From contig DAIDBH010000019.1 in assembly GCA_027310185.1 (NCBI GenBank), positions 64,001 to 128,000 on the forward strand: 64,000 nucleotides of DNA, given 5' to 3'. A model generated the notes under the pieces. That model saw nothing but the letters and a program-made list of their open reading frames with translations, ran no database searches and had not been told where the DNA came from. Positions within the stretch are counted from its first letter, which is position 1; each line of letters starts with the position of its first letter. This stretch comes from Thermoplasmatales archaeon (GTDB lineage: Archaea > Thermoplasmatota > Thermoplasmata > Thermoplasmatales > Thermoplasmataceae). Of this stretch, positions 10,418 to 20,904 are shown in pieces. A program made the translations under genes and the position numbers.

Positions 10418-11830
10418 TTATTGCCCTTCTATTGGGGCATATGTTCCGTTTTCATACTGGTCTGCAACGTTCTGGTTATAGTTTGTCTGCAGGAAGTTAT
10501 AGAGTGCGCTGTTCTGGCTTGCAAGTATTGATGGTATGTCAGTATATGTTGCATGGTCAACGACTATCTGTGTCCACGCTTTGTCCATAAGGGTTTGCCA
10601 CTCTCCTATCCAGGAAACTGGTGACCTGAGGAAAACTCCCCCATTTATTGCTGCGAGTGATTCATTTGTTACTGTATCCGTAGAATTATAGGATTTCATC
10701 CCAAGCTTTGTAAGATTGACAGATCCTGGCCACTGGTAGTACATCATTGAATAGGAGTTAGAAGCGAGTCCTGTGTAAGTTGCCCAGTAAGATGTCTTGT
10801 AATCTGGTGAGAAATATGCACTCAGGTTGTATATGTATTCCATTGCATGGATATCTCCAGTATCATTGAACATCATCGGGTTTCCACCAAACTGAACCAT
10901 CCACTGGTAAAGTTCTGTAGGTGTGCTTGCTCCTCCGTGTCCCTGCATGTTTATCTCACCGACTCCGTAGTGTTTGAAAAGTGTCTTTGCATCGGAATAA
11001 AGCTGAGTATATGTTGTTGGAACCTTTGATATTCCAGCGCCCTGAAGTGCCGTATAATCTACCCATACCAACGGTATATTAACAAGCTGTGTCAGGAAGT
11101 ATACTCCACCAAATTCATTTACTTCATAGTTGTTCAGACTTGATATTGAACTTATGACACCCTCTCCTGCCGTAATCTTTGCTGCATTGAGTGATGCCAG
11201 GTAGCCATCGTAAAACAGAACCCCAACATCTAGATTGTCAATTGTCATCACAACATTTGCATGAGAATTACCGGTTACCAGAGATGAAATTTCCTCGACC
11301 ATGGATGCAGCAGTTATGAAACTGACGCTGACATCAATGTTCGGATATGCTTTTTCGAAATTGCTTATCACTCCAGTTACGTATGATTCATCAGCGGTAC
11401 TTATGCTGGTGTAGTATGTGACGTCTACGGTCTTGTTAGTTGCACTGTATATGGTTGGCACTGATGTGCTTGGTGAGGATGTGTAGGCTCCCTGGTCAAC
11501 AGGTATAAATCCTGTATGGGCTTCACAGGCCTTCTGGATTGCTGGGTTCATTAGATAAGCCATTAGCTGAGCTGAAGCGGCAGGTGTTGATCCACCTTTC
11601 ATTTCAGCTATCACACAACCTCCAAGCAGATGTTCAGAGTTAACTGGACCACTAACACCTGTATACACATATAGCACATTATTGGATGTCGTTGGAGTAG
11701 GTGTTGTCTTGACCAGATTTTTATAATCAAGGCCAACAAACGATCCTACAAGAACGATGACCACAACAATTGCTATTATGGCTATCACCATGTTACTTTT
11801 TTTTTCTTTTGGTTCTATCGGATTATCCAT
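10418..11830 (-). CDS. Membrane-anchored sugar ABC substrate-binding protein (trehalose/maltose type) with atypical segment order
   Basis: N-terminal TM anchor plus T/P-rich linker, FEKAYPNIDV, VPTTYTQL, QFGGN; lies between the ABC genes and GH15. Confidence 0.85.
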   Translation of the reverse strand: MDNPIEPKEKKSNMVIAIIAIVVVIVLVGSFVGLDYKNLVKTTPTPTTSNNVLYVYTGVSGPVNSEHLLGGCVIAEMKGGSTPAASAQLMAYLMNPAIQKACEAHTGFIPVDQGAYTSSPSTSVPTIYSATNKTVDVTYYTSISTADESYVTGVISNFEKAYPNIDVSVSFITAASMVEEISSLVTGNSHANVVMTIDNLDVGVLFYDGYLASLNAAKITAGEGVISSISSLNNYEVNEFGGVYFLTQLVNIPLVWVDYTALQGAGISKVPTTYTQLYSDAKTLFKHYGVGEINMQGHGGASTPTELYQWMVQFGGNPMMFNDTGDIHAMEYIYNLSAYFSPDYKTSYWATYTGLASNSYSMMYYQWPGSVNLTKLGMKSYNSTDTVTNESLAAINGGVFLRSPVSWIGEWQTLMDKAWTQIVVDHATYTDIPSILASQNSALYNFLQTNYNQNVADQYENGTYAPIEGQ

Positions 11831-11933
11831 TTTTAATCTTCACTACATCTAAATCATTTTATATAAATTTAAAAAACAGTTAAATACTATAATAAACTAA
11901 TAAAAAGTATACATATTTATCTATATTATTAAT

Positions 11934-13796
11934 TCAATATAAAGTAAACTTCAATTCGTGTTCGATTTTCCCATAATTTTTAGAAACCCTGTTCAACCTT
12001 ACGGCTGCCCTGACCATACCAAGATGACTCAGCGCCTGTGGAAAATTACCAAGAAGTTCACCACTGCTCAGATCAATTTCTTCAGACATAAGACCAAGGT
12101 GGTTTGAATGTGAAATAATCTTGTCCAGTACCTCTCTGGCCTTTTTCACTTTGCCTGTAACAATCAAATCCTCAACATACCAGAATGATAAGAGAACAAA
12201 TGCATTATCATCAGATACAAAATTATCCTTGTCATTATACCTTTTAAAAAGGTATCCGTCTACCATGAGGTCACTTTCTATCTTCTTTATTGTCCCCAGA
12301 ATATAGGGGTGATCTGGTGGTAAGAATCCAAGGAGTGGCATCCTTAGAAGGGATGCATCAGTGCTTTCTGATCCATAAAACTGCATGAATGAATTATGCT
12401 TTGAGCTGTATGCATTTTCCATGACATCCTTCTTTATTAGATCAGCCTGAATTTTCCAGTCTGAGATAGGAGCTGAAAGTTCCAATTTCTTAGACATCTC
12501 AATACCTCTTTGAAATGCTGACCATGCAATAACTTTTGAATACGTATAATTCAACGGTTCTGATCTGAATTCCCATATACTTGAATCTCCATATTTCCAT
12601 ATCTCGGTTAACTTGGAAAGTATATTCCTTACAAAATCCCATAGATATGTATTAATTGTTCCTTCATTTTTAGAGACGTGATATATTGCATTGATGAGGC
12701 TTCCATATTCATCGATCTGTAGCTGGTTTGCAGCCAGATTCCCTACCCTGACAGGAGATGATTTCATATAACCTTCATAATTGATGAGTTTTTCCTCAAG
12801 ATTCTGGTATTCATTTATTGTGTAAATTGTCTTGAGGTGCCCTTCCATCTTTACCCTTTCCATTACATCATATAGAAATTTTACCGATTCGTTCTTGTAG
12901 CCTAGCATTGAAAGGGACTCTATCACATATGCCACATCCCGTACCCAGCAAAATCTGTAGTCATAATTTCTATCACCACCAATAGCCTCTGGCAGACTGG
13001 TAGTTGGTGCGGCGACCATCAATCCAGTGGGTTCATATATCAGTCCCTTAAGAACAAGGGCTGATCTTACCACCTCGTGGTTATATATAAGTGGAAAATT
13101 TCCATCCGAAACCCATTCTTTCTGGAATTTTGCCGTTTCCTCCATTAAGTCAAACGATTTAAAATCATTTGTCTTTTGTACGTGCTGCATGCCATAGAAT
13201 ACAATGATCCATCCACCTCCATTTTTATCTGTTTTGAAATTTGCCGCAATCTTGCTACCAGATACCTTGAAATTAAAGTCAGAGGATACGCCTACATATT
13301 CATCCTTATATTTGAATATATACCCATTTTTGTGTCTTATAACTTCTTCCGGTAAATTACCGAAGTGGAACGAGAGTCTTATTTCCGATCGAATCTCAAC
13401 ACCTTCCACCGGAGTTTCAACGTATCTGTGGATCTCAGGGAAATTAATCGTGCTATATTTTGAGGTTGGAATGAAATCTGTGACTCTTAATATTACCTGA
13501 TTTTTTTTCTTGAACTCGGTCACAAGTATGTTTGTATTGTCTATGTAATACTGGCTGCATGTCACATCTTCGAGATCAACTGGCTGAATAGAAAAACTTC
13601 CTCCCTTATTTCTGTCCAGTATTGAATCAAATATGGGGTCAGAGTTGAAATTAGGAAGGCATGCCCAGTCAATGGTGCCATTCATTCCCACCAAAGCAGA
13701 AGTCCTGTTGCTTGCGATGATTCCATGATGTGCAATCTTCAAGTATTCTTCTGCATTGAGCTCAGAAAGTAGTATGGACTTCCGTGATGACATCAA
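11934..13796 (-). CDS. Glycoside hydrolase family 15 (trehalase/glucoamylase-like)
   Basis: IDWACLPNFNS, AAPTTSLPE, RNYDYRFCWVRD, SIWE, SEEID, GNFPQALSH. Confidence 0.93.
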   Translation of the reverse strand: MMSSRKSILLSELNAEEYLKIAHHGIIASNRTSALVGMNGTIDWACLPNFNSDPIFDSILDRNKGGSFSIQPVDLEDVTCSQYYIDNTNILVTEFKKKNQVILRVTDFIPTSKYSTINFPEIHRYVETPVEGVEIRSEIRLSFHFGNLPEEVIRHKNGYIFKYKDEYVGVSSDFNFKVSGSKIAANFKTDKNGGGWIIVFYGMQHVQKTNDFKSFDLMEETAKFQKEWVSDGNFPLIYNHEVVRSALVLKGLIYEPTGLMVAAPTTSLPEAIGGDRNYDYRFCWVRDVAYVIESLSMLGYKNESVKFLYDVMERVKMEGHLKTIYTINEYQNLEEKLINYEGYMKSSPVRVGNLAANQLQIDEYGSLINAIYHVSKNEGTINTYLWDFVRNILSKLTEIWKYGDSSIWEFRSEPLNYTYSKVIAWSAFQRGIEMSKKLELSAPISDWKIQADLIKKDVMENAYSSKHNSFMQFYGSESTDASLLRMPLLGFLPPDHPYILGTIKKIESDLMVDGYLFKRYNDKDNFVSDDNAFVLLSFWYVEDLIVTGKVKKAREVLDKIISHSNHLGLMSEEIDLSSGELLGNFPQALSHLGMVRAAVRLNRVSKNYGKIEHELKFTLY

Positions 13797-14001
13797 TCCT
13801 CAATACAATAAATTATAAATTTTTTGTTTTAGGGTTCAACATTTTATCACCTATATAACCGCATTAACAGATCAAAGAGTTCTGTATTAATTCCAACGGC
13901 TTGAGAAGGGACATATTCTGCATTTAACCGTATTGTGTAACAATTACTACCAAATTGTTGATTTAAATTACTTGATACTCTAAAACTAACTGTGCATTTC
14001 T

Positions 14002-15573
14002 TTAATTTTCTATCTCGTTCTTTTTTAATTCATCTAATTTTTCCTCCTCTACGAGGTTTACAGACCTTCCTGCTCTTGCTGCAACTTCCGGCTTTAATTT
14101 TACAGTCCTCATGGCATAATAAACTGCGAATATGAGGTAACCAATTGCACCTATGACGGCCTCAGTTATAGGGAAGACAGGTGGAACTATAGATTCAAAA
14201 AGTACCCATATAAATATACCTGTGGCTATTATTGGTAATACATAATGTTCCGTAATGTGTACAACGATGTAGATTCCATGATGTTTCTCTTTCAACCTTA
14301 CAAATAAAGTCATAACACTGGTATTCAACAGTATATGGGTAATGATCAATCCAAATAATGCAAGCGTAGTAAGAAAATCAAAACTGTTTCCCAGTGATGA
14401 AGACACGATTTCACTCGATGATAGGTTAAAGAGAATAGATGTGAAAGAATGCCCCATCATACCATTGATGAGCATGGTACCACCAATAGCCAGAATAGAT
14501 GCCATTGTGCCGATAAACATCAAAGCCTTGTGGGGTGTAACATACTTCTCATGCAATTCTGCAAAGTAGTGTGGTAGAACGCCATCACGGCCCATTGCAA
14601 AATAAACCCTGCCTGCATTGGATTGCATTGCCACAGAATCTGAAAAAGCAGAATTAAACGCAACGAGCGATAACATAACTCCTCCTGCAACTCCTGTATA
14701 GGCAGTTGCAACTATTATACCGGGAATGTTGGCCTGTGCAAAGGACGACATCAGTGAAACTCCCCAGCCCACTGTTAAGGCGTATGCAACTTCCGTTAGT
14801 ACAACACCAACTATAACAAGACCAAAAACCAGGCTCTTTGTTATAACCCTACTGCTCATCGCCTCCTCTCCGAGTGGAGCAGAACCTCCATATCCAATGA
14901 AACTTGTCAACCCGAATATCATTCCGAGTCCGAGTCCACTCAGAGGACCACCAACTTTATTGAAAATCTGGGATTTTGTGAACGGATCGAAAACCGCCAG
15001 TGTATTGTCCTTTGCTTCAACTATTATTATTGCTGAAAGAACACCAAGAAATATTACCTCGAAGAAAGCAGCTATCCTTACATATTTCATCTGGGGTCTT
15101 ATGCCAAAAATAGAGAGGGCTATGGGGGCAAGTATGAATATGAGAATCAGTGGAATCCATATCCAGCCAGGAAGTGAAATGCCAAGGAAATAGGAAAGAA
15201 CGCCTGGAAGCACAACTCCACCTACATAAACCGGTATTGCTGCCGTACTGGCTATCTGGTACATCACGTACAGCAACCCACTCGTAATAGCAGGGGTTGG
15301 CCCAAAGGCGGTTCCAATGTATCCATAATAACCCCCTGCACTTGCATGTCTCTTTGACAGGTGATAAAGAGTGTTAACTTCAAGAAACATTGTCAGGGTT
15401 GCGATAAGGAATGCCAGTGGTGTGAGAAAGAAGGCAAATGCAGCAGCTGATGTTATAAATGCAACCGTGTCACATGCCGGAGCCATCGCAGCTATTTCCT
15501 CAGCTATTGCACCCCAGACACCAACCTGTCTTTTCATTAGCCTATTTGCCTGTTTTCCAGTATCCATATACAA
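14002..15573 (-). CDS. APC family amino acid permease
   Basis: About 12 TM segments, SAGGYYGY, GYGGSAPLGEE, RVYFAMGRDGVLP. Confidence 0.9.
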   Translation of the reverse strand: MYMDTGKQANRLMKRQVGVWGAIAEEIAAMAPACDTVAFITSAAAFAFFLTPLAFLIATLTMFLEVNTLYHLSKRHASAGGYYGYIGTAFGPTPAITSGLLYVMYQIASTAAIPVYVGGVVLPGVLSYFLGISLPGWIWIPLILIFILAPIALSIFGIRPQMKYVRIAAFFEVIFLGVLSAIIIVEAKDNTLAVFDPFTKSQIFNKVGGPLSGLGLGMIFGLTSFIGYGGSAPLGEEAMSSRVITKSLVFGLVIVGVVLTEVAYALTVGWGVSLMSSFAQANIPGIIVATAYTGVAGGVMLSLVAFNSAFSDSVAMQSNAGRVYFAMGRDGVLPHYFAELHEKYVTPHKALMFIGTMASILAIGGTMLINGMMGHSFTSILFNLSSSEIVSSSLGNSFDFLTTLALFGLIITHILLNTSVMTLFVRLKEKHHGIYIVVHITEHYVLPIIATGIFIWVLFESIVPPVFPITEAVIGAIGYLIFAVYYAMRTVKLKPEVAARAGRSVNLVEEEKLDELKKNEIEN

Positions 15574-15646
15574 TCACATTAGTTCTTGATTAATTTCATT
15601 AGCATAGTACTAAACTATTTAATTCTTTCTAAATATATTATTTGCC

Positions 15647-16063
15647 TTAGTCATGTATTTGTTCAATCGCCCTTCCGTGTGGACATCTTTCTGGCTTCCC
15701 GAGTTTCAGAAACATTGTATCTATGGAATCGTGGTCCACGAGATAGTCTATCTGTTCGGAGAGTAAGCATGCCCTATCGATATCCATTCCGTATGTGACC
15801 ATTAAGGTCTCCAGTATCCTGTGATTTTCCTCAATTTCATGATAAAATGAGTCTCCTTTATGCGTTAGATGAATCATGCCTTTAAGGTGTGTTATCAGTT
15901 TCTTTCCTTCAAGTCTTTTAACAAGATTCAGTGCAGTTGGTGGCTTAACCTTCAGCATATCCGACAGATCAATAAGCCTCATTGGAAACTCATCTTTACT
16001 GTGATCTCCGATTACTATCAGGCAATCTCTCTCTTTTTTTGTGAGCAGTTTAAGATCATTCAT
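15647..16063 (-). CDS. DtxR/MntR family metal-dependent transcriptional regulator
   Basis: HTH LKVKPPTA..VKRL, HRILE and C-terminal CPHG. Confidence 0.9.
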   Translation of the reverse strand: MNDLKLLTKKERDCLIVIGDHSKDEFPMRLIDLSDMLKVKPPTALNLVKRLEGKKLITHLKGMIHLTHKGDSFYHEIEENHRILETLMVTYGMDIDRACLLSEQIDYLVDHDSIDTMFLKLGKPERCPHGRAIEQIHD

Positions 16064-16149
16064 TTAGTATATACCTAATCAAATTTGCATTATAATATTT
16101 TTCCTCCGGAACTGACGAAAGTTTTTATTAAAACTTCAGATTGGTGTAT

Positions 16150-16965
16150 ATGGAAGCTGACGTTTTTATTTCAGTTGACGAGATGAAAAATATCCTTCAT
16201 AAGGCTGTTATCCTGGATTGCAGGTACAGACTTACCGAGCCTGACTTTGGATATAACGAGTTCTTGAAGTCTCATATTCCTGGATCATTCTTTATGGACC
16301 TGAATGGTCACCTTGCTTCTGAAGTTAAATTGACTGGTGGTAGACATCCTCTTCCAGACATTGATAAGCTAAAGGAGAGGCTTGAGGAAATTGGCATATC
16401 AAACAGCAGCACGGTTTTGTGCTACGACGATAATTTATCTGGAGCTGGCAGATGCTTGTTTCTATTAAGATATATGGGGATAAAGAAAGTAAGAGTTCTT
16501 AACGGTGGATTCAGGGAATGGGAGACCTTAGGATTGCCTGTAGAAACCGGTCCAGAAAGAAAGGTTATAAGGGGTCATATTAAAACTGAATTAAACTCAG
16601 ATATGATTGTGACTCATGAAGATATATTGAACCAGCAGGGCAAACATAGAATAATTGATGCGAGAGAGTCATATAGATACGAAGGAAGGAAGGAACCAAT
16701 CGATAGAATAGCAGGCAGGATTCCCGGTGCTGTAAATATACCATATACTGAACTGATGAATGGTGCAAAGATAAAGGAAAGAGATGAGTTGAGGCAATTT
16801 TTCAGGAATGTTAAAGATGGTGACATACTCTATTGCGGCTCCGGAGTAACATCATGTGTAAATTTTCTGGCGATGGAATATATAGGGATAAAACCCAAAC
16901 TGTATGTTGGAAGCTACAGCGATTGGATCAGCAGGAACCTTGATGTAGAGACAGATGTGGAATGA
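16150..16965 (+). CDS. Tandem rhodanese-domain sulfurtransferase (MST/SseA-like)
   Basis: HIPGS, GRHPLP, LNGG..W, active loop CGSGVTS, LYVGSYSDW. ATG 16150 chosen from its spacing to a TATA-like TTTTATTA. Confidence 0.9.
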   Translation: MEADVFISVDEMKNILHKAVILDCRYRLTEPDFGYNEFLKSHIPGSFFMDLNGHLASEVKLTGGRHPLPDIDKLKERLEEIGISNSSTVLCYDDNLSGAGRCLFLLRYMGIKKVRVLNGGFREWETLGLPVETGPERKVIRGHIKTELNSDMIVTHEDILNQQGKHRIIDARESYRYEGRKEPIDRIAGRIPGAVNIPYTELMNGAKIKERDELRQFFRNVKDGDILYCGSGVTSCVNFLAMEYIGIKPKLYVGSYSDWISRNLDVETDVE

Positions 16966-17048
16966 GCGAACAAACTATATTTTTGAATATGTCTTATTAA
17001 ATATTGCAAAGCATATTAACAAAATTGCAATATTGACACTCGATAATA

Positions 17049-18215
17049 ATGAAAGACATTTATATTATATCTGCAAGGAGAACGCCACATGGAAAATTTG
17101 GAAAATCTCTTTCAGGTATCAGTGCAACTAAACTCGGGGGGATCGCGATAAGAGGTGCGCTCGAATCATCCGAAATCAGTCAGGAGTTGATAGAAGAAGT
17201 GATCTTTGGAAATGTCATCCAGGCAGGAAACGGTCAAAATCCTGCAGGTCAGTGTAGCACATATGGCGGAATAAGATCAGAAGTTACTAAGAACACCGTC
17301 AATGTTGTATGTGCCTCAGGCATGCTGGCAATTGAAAATGGATTCAGGGAGATAGCTCTTGGAGAAAGGGATATAGTCGTTGCAGGTGGTACAGAGAGCA
17401 TGAGCAGGGGACCGTACTTGCTTTCAAGTAATTTCAGGTACGGTGTAAAAAACATGTTTTCCAGCAGGGAAAGTCTCACAGATGCAATGTACAATGATGG
17501 CCTCATGGATGCATTTTACCTGAATTCCATGGGGTTTTACGCTGATAAAACTTCGGCCAAATATAAGCAAACCAGGACTGCGGTTGATCAATATGCATTG
17601 CAGAGTTATGAAAGAGCGATGAAAGCCACAAATATGGGATACTTCAAAGATGAAATTATTCCCATGGAGGAACTGAAAGTTGACGAGGGAATAAGAGCTA
17701 CAAGCATGGAAACTCTCTCAAAGCTAAGGCCTTCATTCAATGAAGACGGCATTCATACAGCTGGTAATTCTTCGCAGATTTCGGACGGTTCTTCAGCCCT
17801 GGTTTTAGCTTCAGAAAAGGCAGTTGAACAGTATGACCTCAAGCCCATAGGCAAGATCAATGGATTCTGGTCATCAAGTATGGACCCGAGGGATTTTATC
17901 GAGGCACCAATAAAATCAACAAGGGAAATGCTCCAGCGATATAACTGGAAGATAGATGATTTCGATCTTGTAGAACATAATGAGGCATTTTCAGGAGGTT
18001 GCATCCTGCTGAGAGACCAGCTAGGTATAGACAACGAGAGATTCAACGTAAATGGAGGAGCAATTGCTTTTGGCCATCCACTTGGGAGCAGTGGTTCCAG
18101 AATTGTGGTTACATTACTTCATGCCTTACGGCATAGAAAGTTGCAGAAAGGTATTGCAACCCTATGTCATGGCGGTGGTGGTGGGCATTCAATGGCTATC
18201 GAGGTGATCAATTGA
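17049..18215 (+). CDS. Acetyl-CoA acetyltransferase (thiolase)
   Basis: NVVCASG, NEAF, GHPLGSSG, LCHGGG. Confidence 0.95.
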   Translation: MKDIYIISARRTPHGKFGKSLSGISATKLGGIAIRGALESSEISQELIEEVIFGNVIQAGNGQNPAGQCSTYGGIRSEVTKNTVNVVCASGMLAIENGFREIALGERDIVVAGGTESMSRGPYLLSSNFRYGVKNMFSSRESLTDAMYNDGLMDAFYLNSMGFYADKTSAKYKQTRTAVDQYALQSYERAMKATNMGYFKDEIIPMEELKVDEGIRATSMETLSKLRPSFNEDGIHTAGNSSQISDGSSALVLASEKAVEQYDLKPIGKINGFWSSSMDPRDFIEAPIKSTREMLQRYNWKIDDFDLVEHNEAFSGGCILLRDQLGIDNERFNVNGGAIAFGHPLGSSGSRIVVTLLHALRHRKLQKGIATLCHGGGGGHSMAIEVIN

Positions 18216-19060
18216 AAGTCTCGGTTGTGGGTTCTGGCACCATGGGCAGGGGAATAGGACAGGTTTTTGCGCAGAATGGCTACAGCGTAGTTCAGGTTGA
18301 TGTCAACAAGCAGGCTCTGGACATTGCAAGGGATGCCATAATTGATTCACTGGGTAGGCTTGAAAGGAAAGGGTCACTCAAAGACACACCCGATCAGGTA
18401 ATCGGAAGAATGACTTTCTCAGACAGCATGGAGTCCATAAAAGAAAGCGATATAGTCATTGAAGCCGTGTTTGAAAGGGTGGACGTAAAAACTGAGACAC
18501 TGAAGCGAATTTCAGATACAGTCAGTAAGGAAACCATCATAGGTTCAAACACCTCATCCATATCCATCAATCTGCTTTCGGCATACATTGAGCGCCCTGC
18601 AAGGTTCATGGGTATCCATTTCTTCAATCCAGTGCCCGTCATGAAATTGGTTGAACTTGTGTCAGGTGAAAACACATCATCGGAATTAGTGAAAAAAGTA
18701 TCTGAATTGCTGGTTTCAATTGGGAAGGAACCGGTCAATGTCAGGGATTTTCCTGGCTTTGTTTCTAACAGGGTATTGATGCCATTGATCAGGGAAGCAA
18801 TACTTGCACTTGAAGAGTCGGTAGCAAGTGCTTCAGACATAGACAAGACGTTCAGATTAGGAATGAATCATCCGATGGGACCCCTGGAACTTGCTGACTT
18901 CATAGGTCTGGATGTATGCCAGGATATTATGGAAGTACTTTACACCAATTACGGAGATCCGAGGTTCAAGCCTCCAATCACGCTGAGAAACCTGGTAAAT
19001 TCCAGGAAGCTTGGCCGTAAGACCGGAGAAGGGTTTTATAAATATGAGGTGAAGAGATGA
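18212..19060 (+). CDS. 3-hydroxyacyl(butyryl)-CoA dehydrogenase
   Basis: GSGTMG, SNTSSI, HFFNPVP, PMGPLELAD. The TTG start overlaps the thiolase stop and follows a GAGGTG SD. Confidence 0.93.
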   Translation: MKVSVVGSGTMGRGIGQVFAQNGYSVVQVDVNKQALDIARDAIIDSLGRLERKGSLKDTPDQVIGRMTFSDSMESIKESDIVIEAVFERVDVKTETLKRISDTVSKETIIGSNTSSISINLLSAYIERPARFMGIHFFNPVPVMKLVELVSGENTSSELVKKVSELLVSIGKEPVNVRDFPGFVSNRVLMPLIREAILALEESVASASDIDKTFRLGMNHPMGPLELADFIGLDVCQDIMEVLYTNYGDPRFKPPITLRNLVNSRKLGRKTGEGFYKYEVKR

Positions 19061-19818
19061 AAAATATATTGGTTGAAAAAGAAGGAAGATTGCTAAAAAT
19101 ATTCATAAATAGGGAAAAGAAGTTGAATCCCCTTGACATTGAAACAATAGAGGAGATTGGTGAAGCTCTGAAAGAAGAGAGGCAGATTGGAATCATATCT
19201 GGAATGAACAGGGCATTCAGTGCAGGTGCAGATATTAATGTGTTCTTGAACCTTGATCCCGTAACAGCATATGACTTTTCAAAACGCGGTCATCAGGTCA
19301 TGGATTTCATAGAGGAGAGGCAGATGCCGGTAATTGCAGCAATTCATGGTTTCGCTCTGGGAGGAGGTTTTGAGCTTGCACTTGCATGCGATATACGAAT
19401 TGCCCATCCTGATACCTATTTTGGTCTACCAGAGGTTACGCTTGGAATAATACCGGGATTTGGTGGAACTCAGAGACTTAGAAACCTTGTGGGAAACAGC
19501 AGGGCATTTGAACTTGCATCGCTCGGGACTAGGATTGATTCAAGCAGGGCACTCAGCATGGGCATTATCAGCGAAATAAATGATAAATACCTGGAAAGGG
19601 CTGTTGAACTTGGAAAGCAGTATGAAGCACTGCCGTTTGAGTCACTGGCATATATAAAAGAACTTACACGGGGCAGGAAAATGGATCTCTTTGATCGAGA
19701 AAAAGAGTATTTTGGAAATATGTTCAGGACAGAGAATCAAAAAGAGGGGGCCGCCGCATTTGTGGAAAAAAGAAAGGCAAATTTCAATACAAAAATAAAC
19801 AATAGCTTATTTGACTAA
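19057..19818 (+). CDS. Enoyl-CoA hydratase/isomerase
   Basis: AFSAGADI, GFALGGGFELALACD, LPEVTLGIIPGFGGTQRL. Confidence 0.93.
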   Translation: MKNILVEKEGRLLKIFINREKKLNPLDIETIEEIGEALKEERQIGIISGMNRAFSAGADINVFLNLDPVTAYDFSKRGHQVMDFIEERQMPVIAAIHGFALGGGFELALACDIRIAHPDTYFGLPEVTLGIIPGFGGTQRLRNLVGNSRAFELASLGTRIDSSRALSMGIISEINDKYLERAVELGKQYEALPFESLAYIKELTRGRKMDLFDREKEYFGNMFRTENQKEGAAAFVEKRKANFNTKINNSLFD

Positions 19819-20817
19819 AATAAGGTTCTCTTTTATTTCTTTTACATTTGAGCTTAAATCTTCAGTCTCCATTCTTGTAAGGATTCCATTCTTTTGGTAG
19901 AATTCACTGTATTTTATACCACTGTCAGGAAAAACTGTGTATACTTTTAGGTTGTTTCTTGATTCGGCTATCTTAAGTGCCCCCATGAAATTTGCACCTG
20001 ATGAAAAACCAACGTAAATTCCAAGTTCTCTGGCAAGCTTTTGAACTCCATCTCTTGCGTCTTTTTCATTTACATTTATCATCTTGTCTACCAGTGAAAT
20101 GTTCTTTTCAATGATTGTCTTGTCCTTTGCCTTTAAAAAATTCCTTATTCCCTGTATATAGGACGACTGATCCGACTGCAGCATGTAAACAGTTGTACCT
20201 GGTCGTTTGTCCTTGAAGTATTTGGCATTCCCAATTATTGAGCCACCTGTTCCCATGGCTATTGCCACTGCATCCGGTAATCCTCCTATCTGTTTTTCTG
20301 CCTCTGGAGCCGTTGTATAAACATGAGACAGATAATTGAATTCATTTCCATGCTGATGAAGACAGACATAAGTTTCCGGTTCTTTCATTGCAATGTCAAT
20401 GGCGGAATTAATGGCAACCTCTGTGCTGGTAGTCTCAGGTGGTTCATTTGTCTCAACAACCTTTGCTCCAGAGTCTATCAGGGCTTTCTTGGTTCCATCA
20501 GATGTGCCCGGAGGTATGAAAAGCATGGACTTAATTCCAAGTTTTCGACAGATATTTCCAGTCGCTATTCCTGTATTACCTGATGTTCCCTCGACGATGG
20601 TCTTATTCACTATATTTCTCTCTGTAAGGATAAGATGATCGATCATGAAGAATGCTCCCCTGTCCTTGATAGATCCAAAGGGATTGAAATATTCAAGTTT
20701 AGCAAAAACTGATGAACCATTAGATGTATCATATTTAAGCATCGGGGTATTACCGAAACCTTCCCTGTAAAAATCATCCCTTATGTTTCTGCATAGTTTT
20801 TCCCTTTCCTCGCCCAT
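19807..20817 (-). CDS. PLP-dependent cysteine synthase family protein
   Basis: AKLEYFNPFGSIKDR (PLP Lys), TSGNTG, GTGG, FPDSGIKY. Confidence 0.88.
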   Translation of the reverse strand: MGEEREKLCRNIRDDFYREGFGNTPMLKYDTSNGSSVFAKLEYFNPFGSIKDRGAFFMIDHLILTERNIVNKTIVEGTSGNTGIATGNICRKLGIKSMLFIPPGTSDGTKKALIDSGAKVVETNEPPETTSTEVAINSAIDIAMKEPETYVCLHQHGNEFNYLSHVYTTAPEAEKQIGGLPDAVAIAMGTGGSIIGNAKYFKDKRPGTTVYMLQSDQSSYIQGIRNFLKAKDKTIIEKNISLVDKMINVNEKDARDGVQKLARELGIYVGFSSGANFMGALKIAESRNNLKVYTVFPDSGIKYSEFYQKNGILTRMETEDLSSNVKEIKENLILVK

Positions 20818-20904
20818 AAATCCCTATGTGATTTTTCATTATTATTGTTTCCTGAATTTATGAGTAAGATATGAATAGTTATTCTCAATAAGAGTGAGAT
20901 TAAT

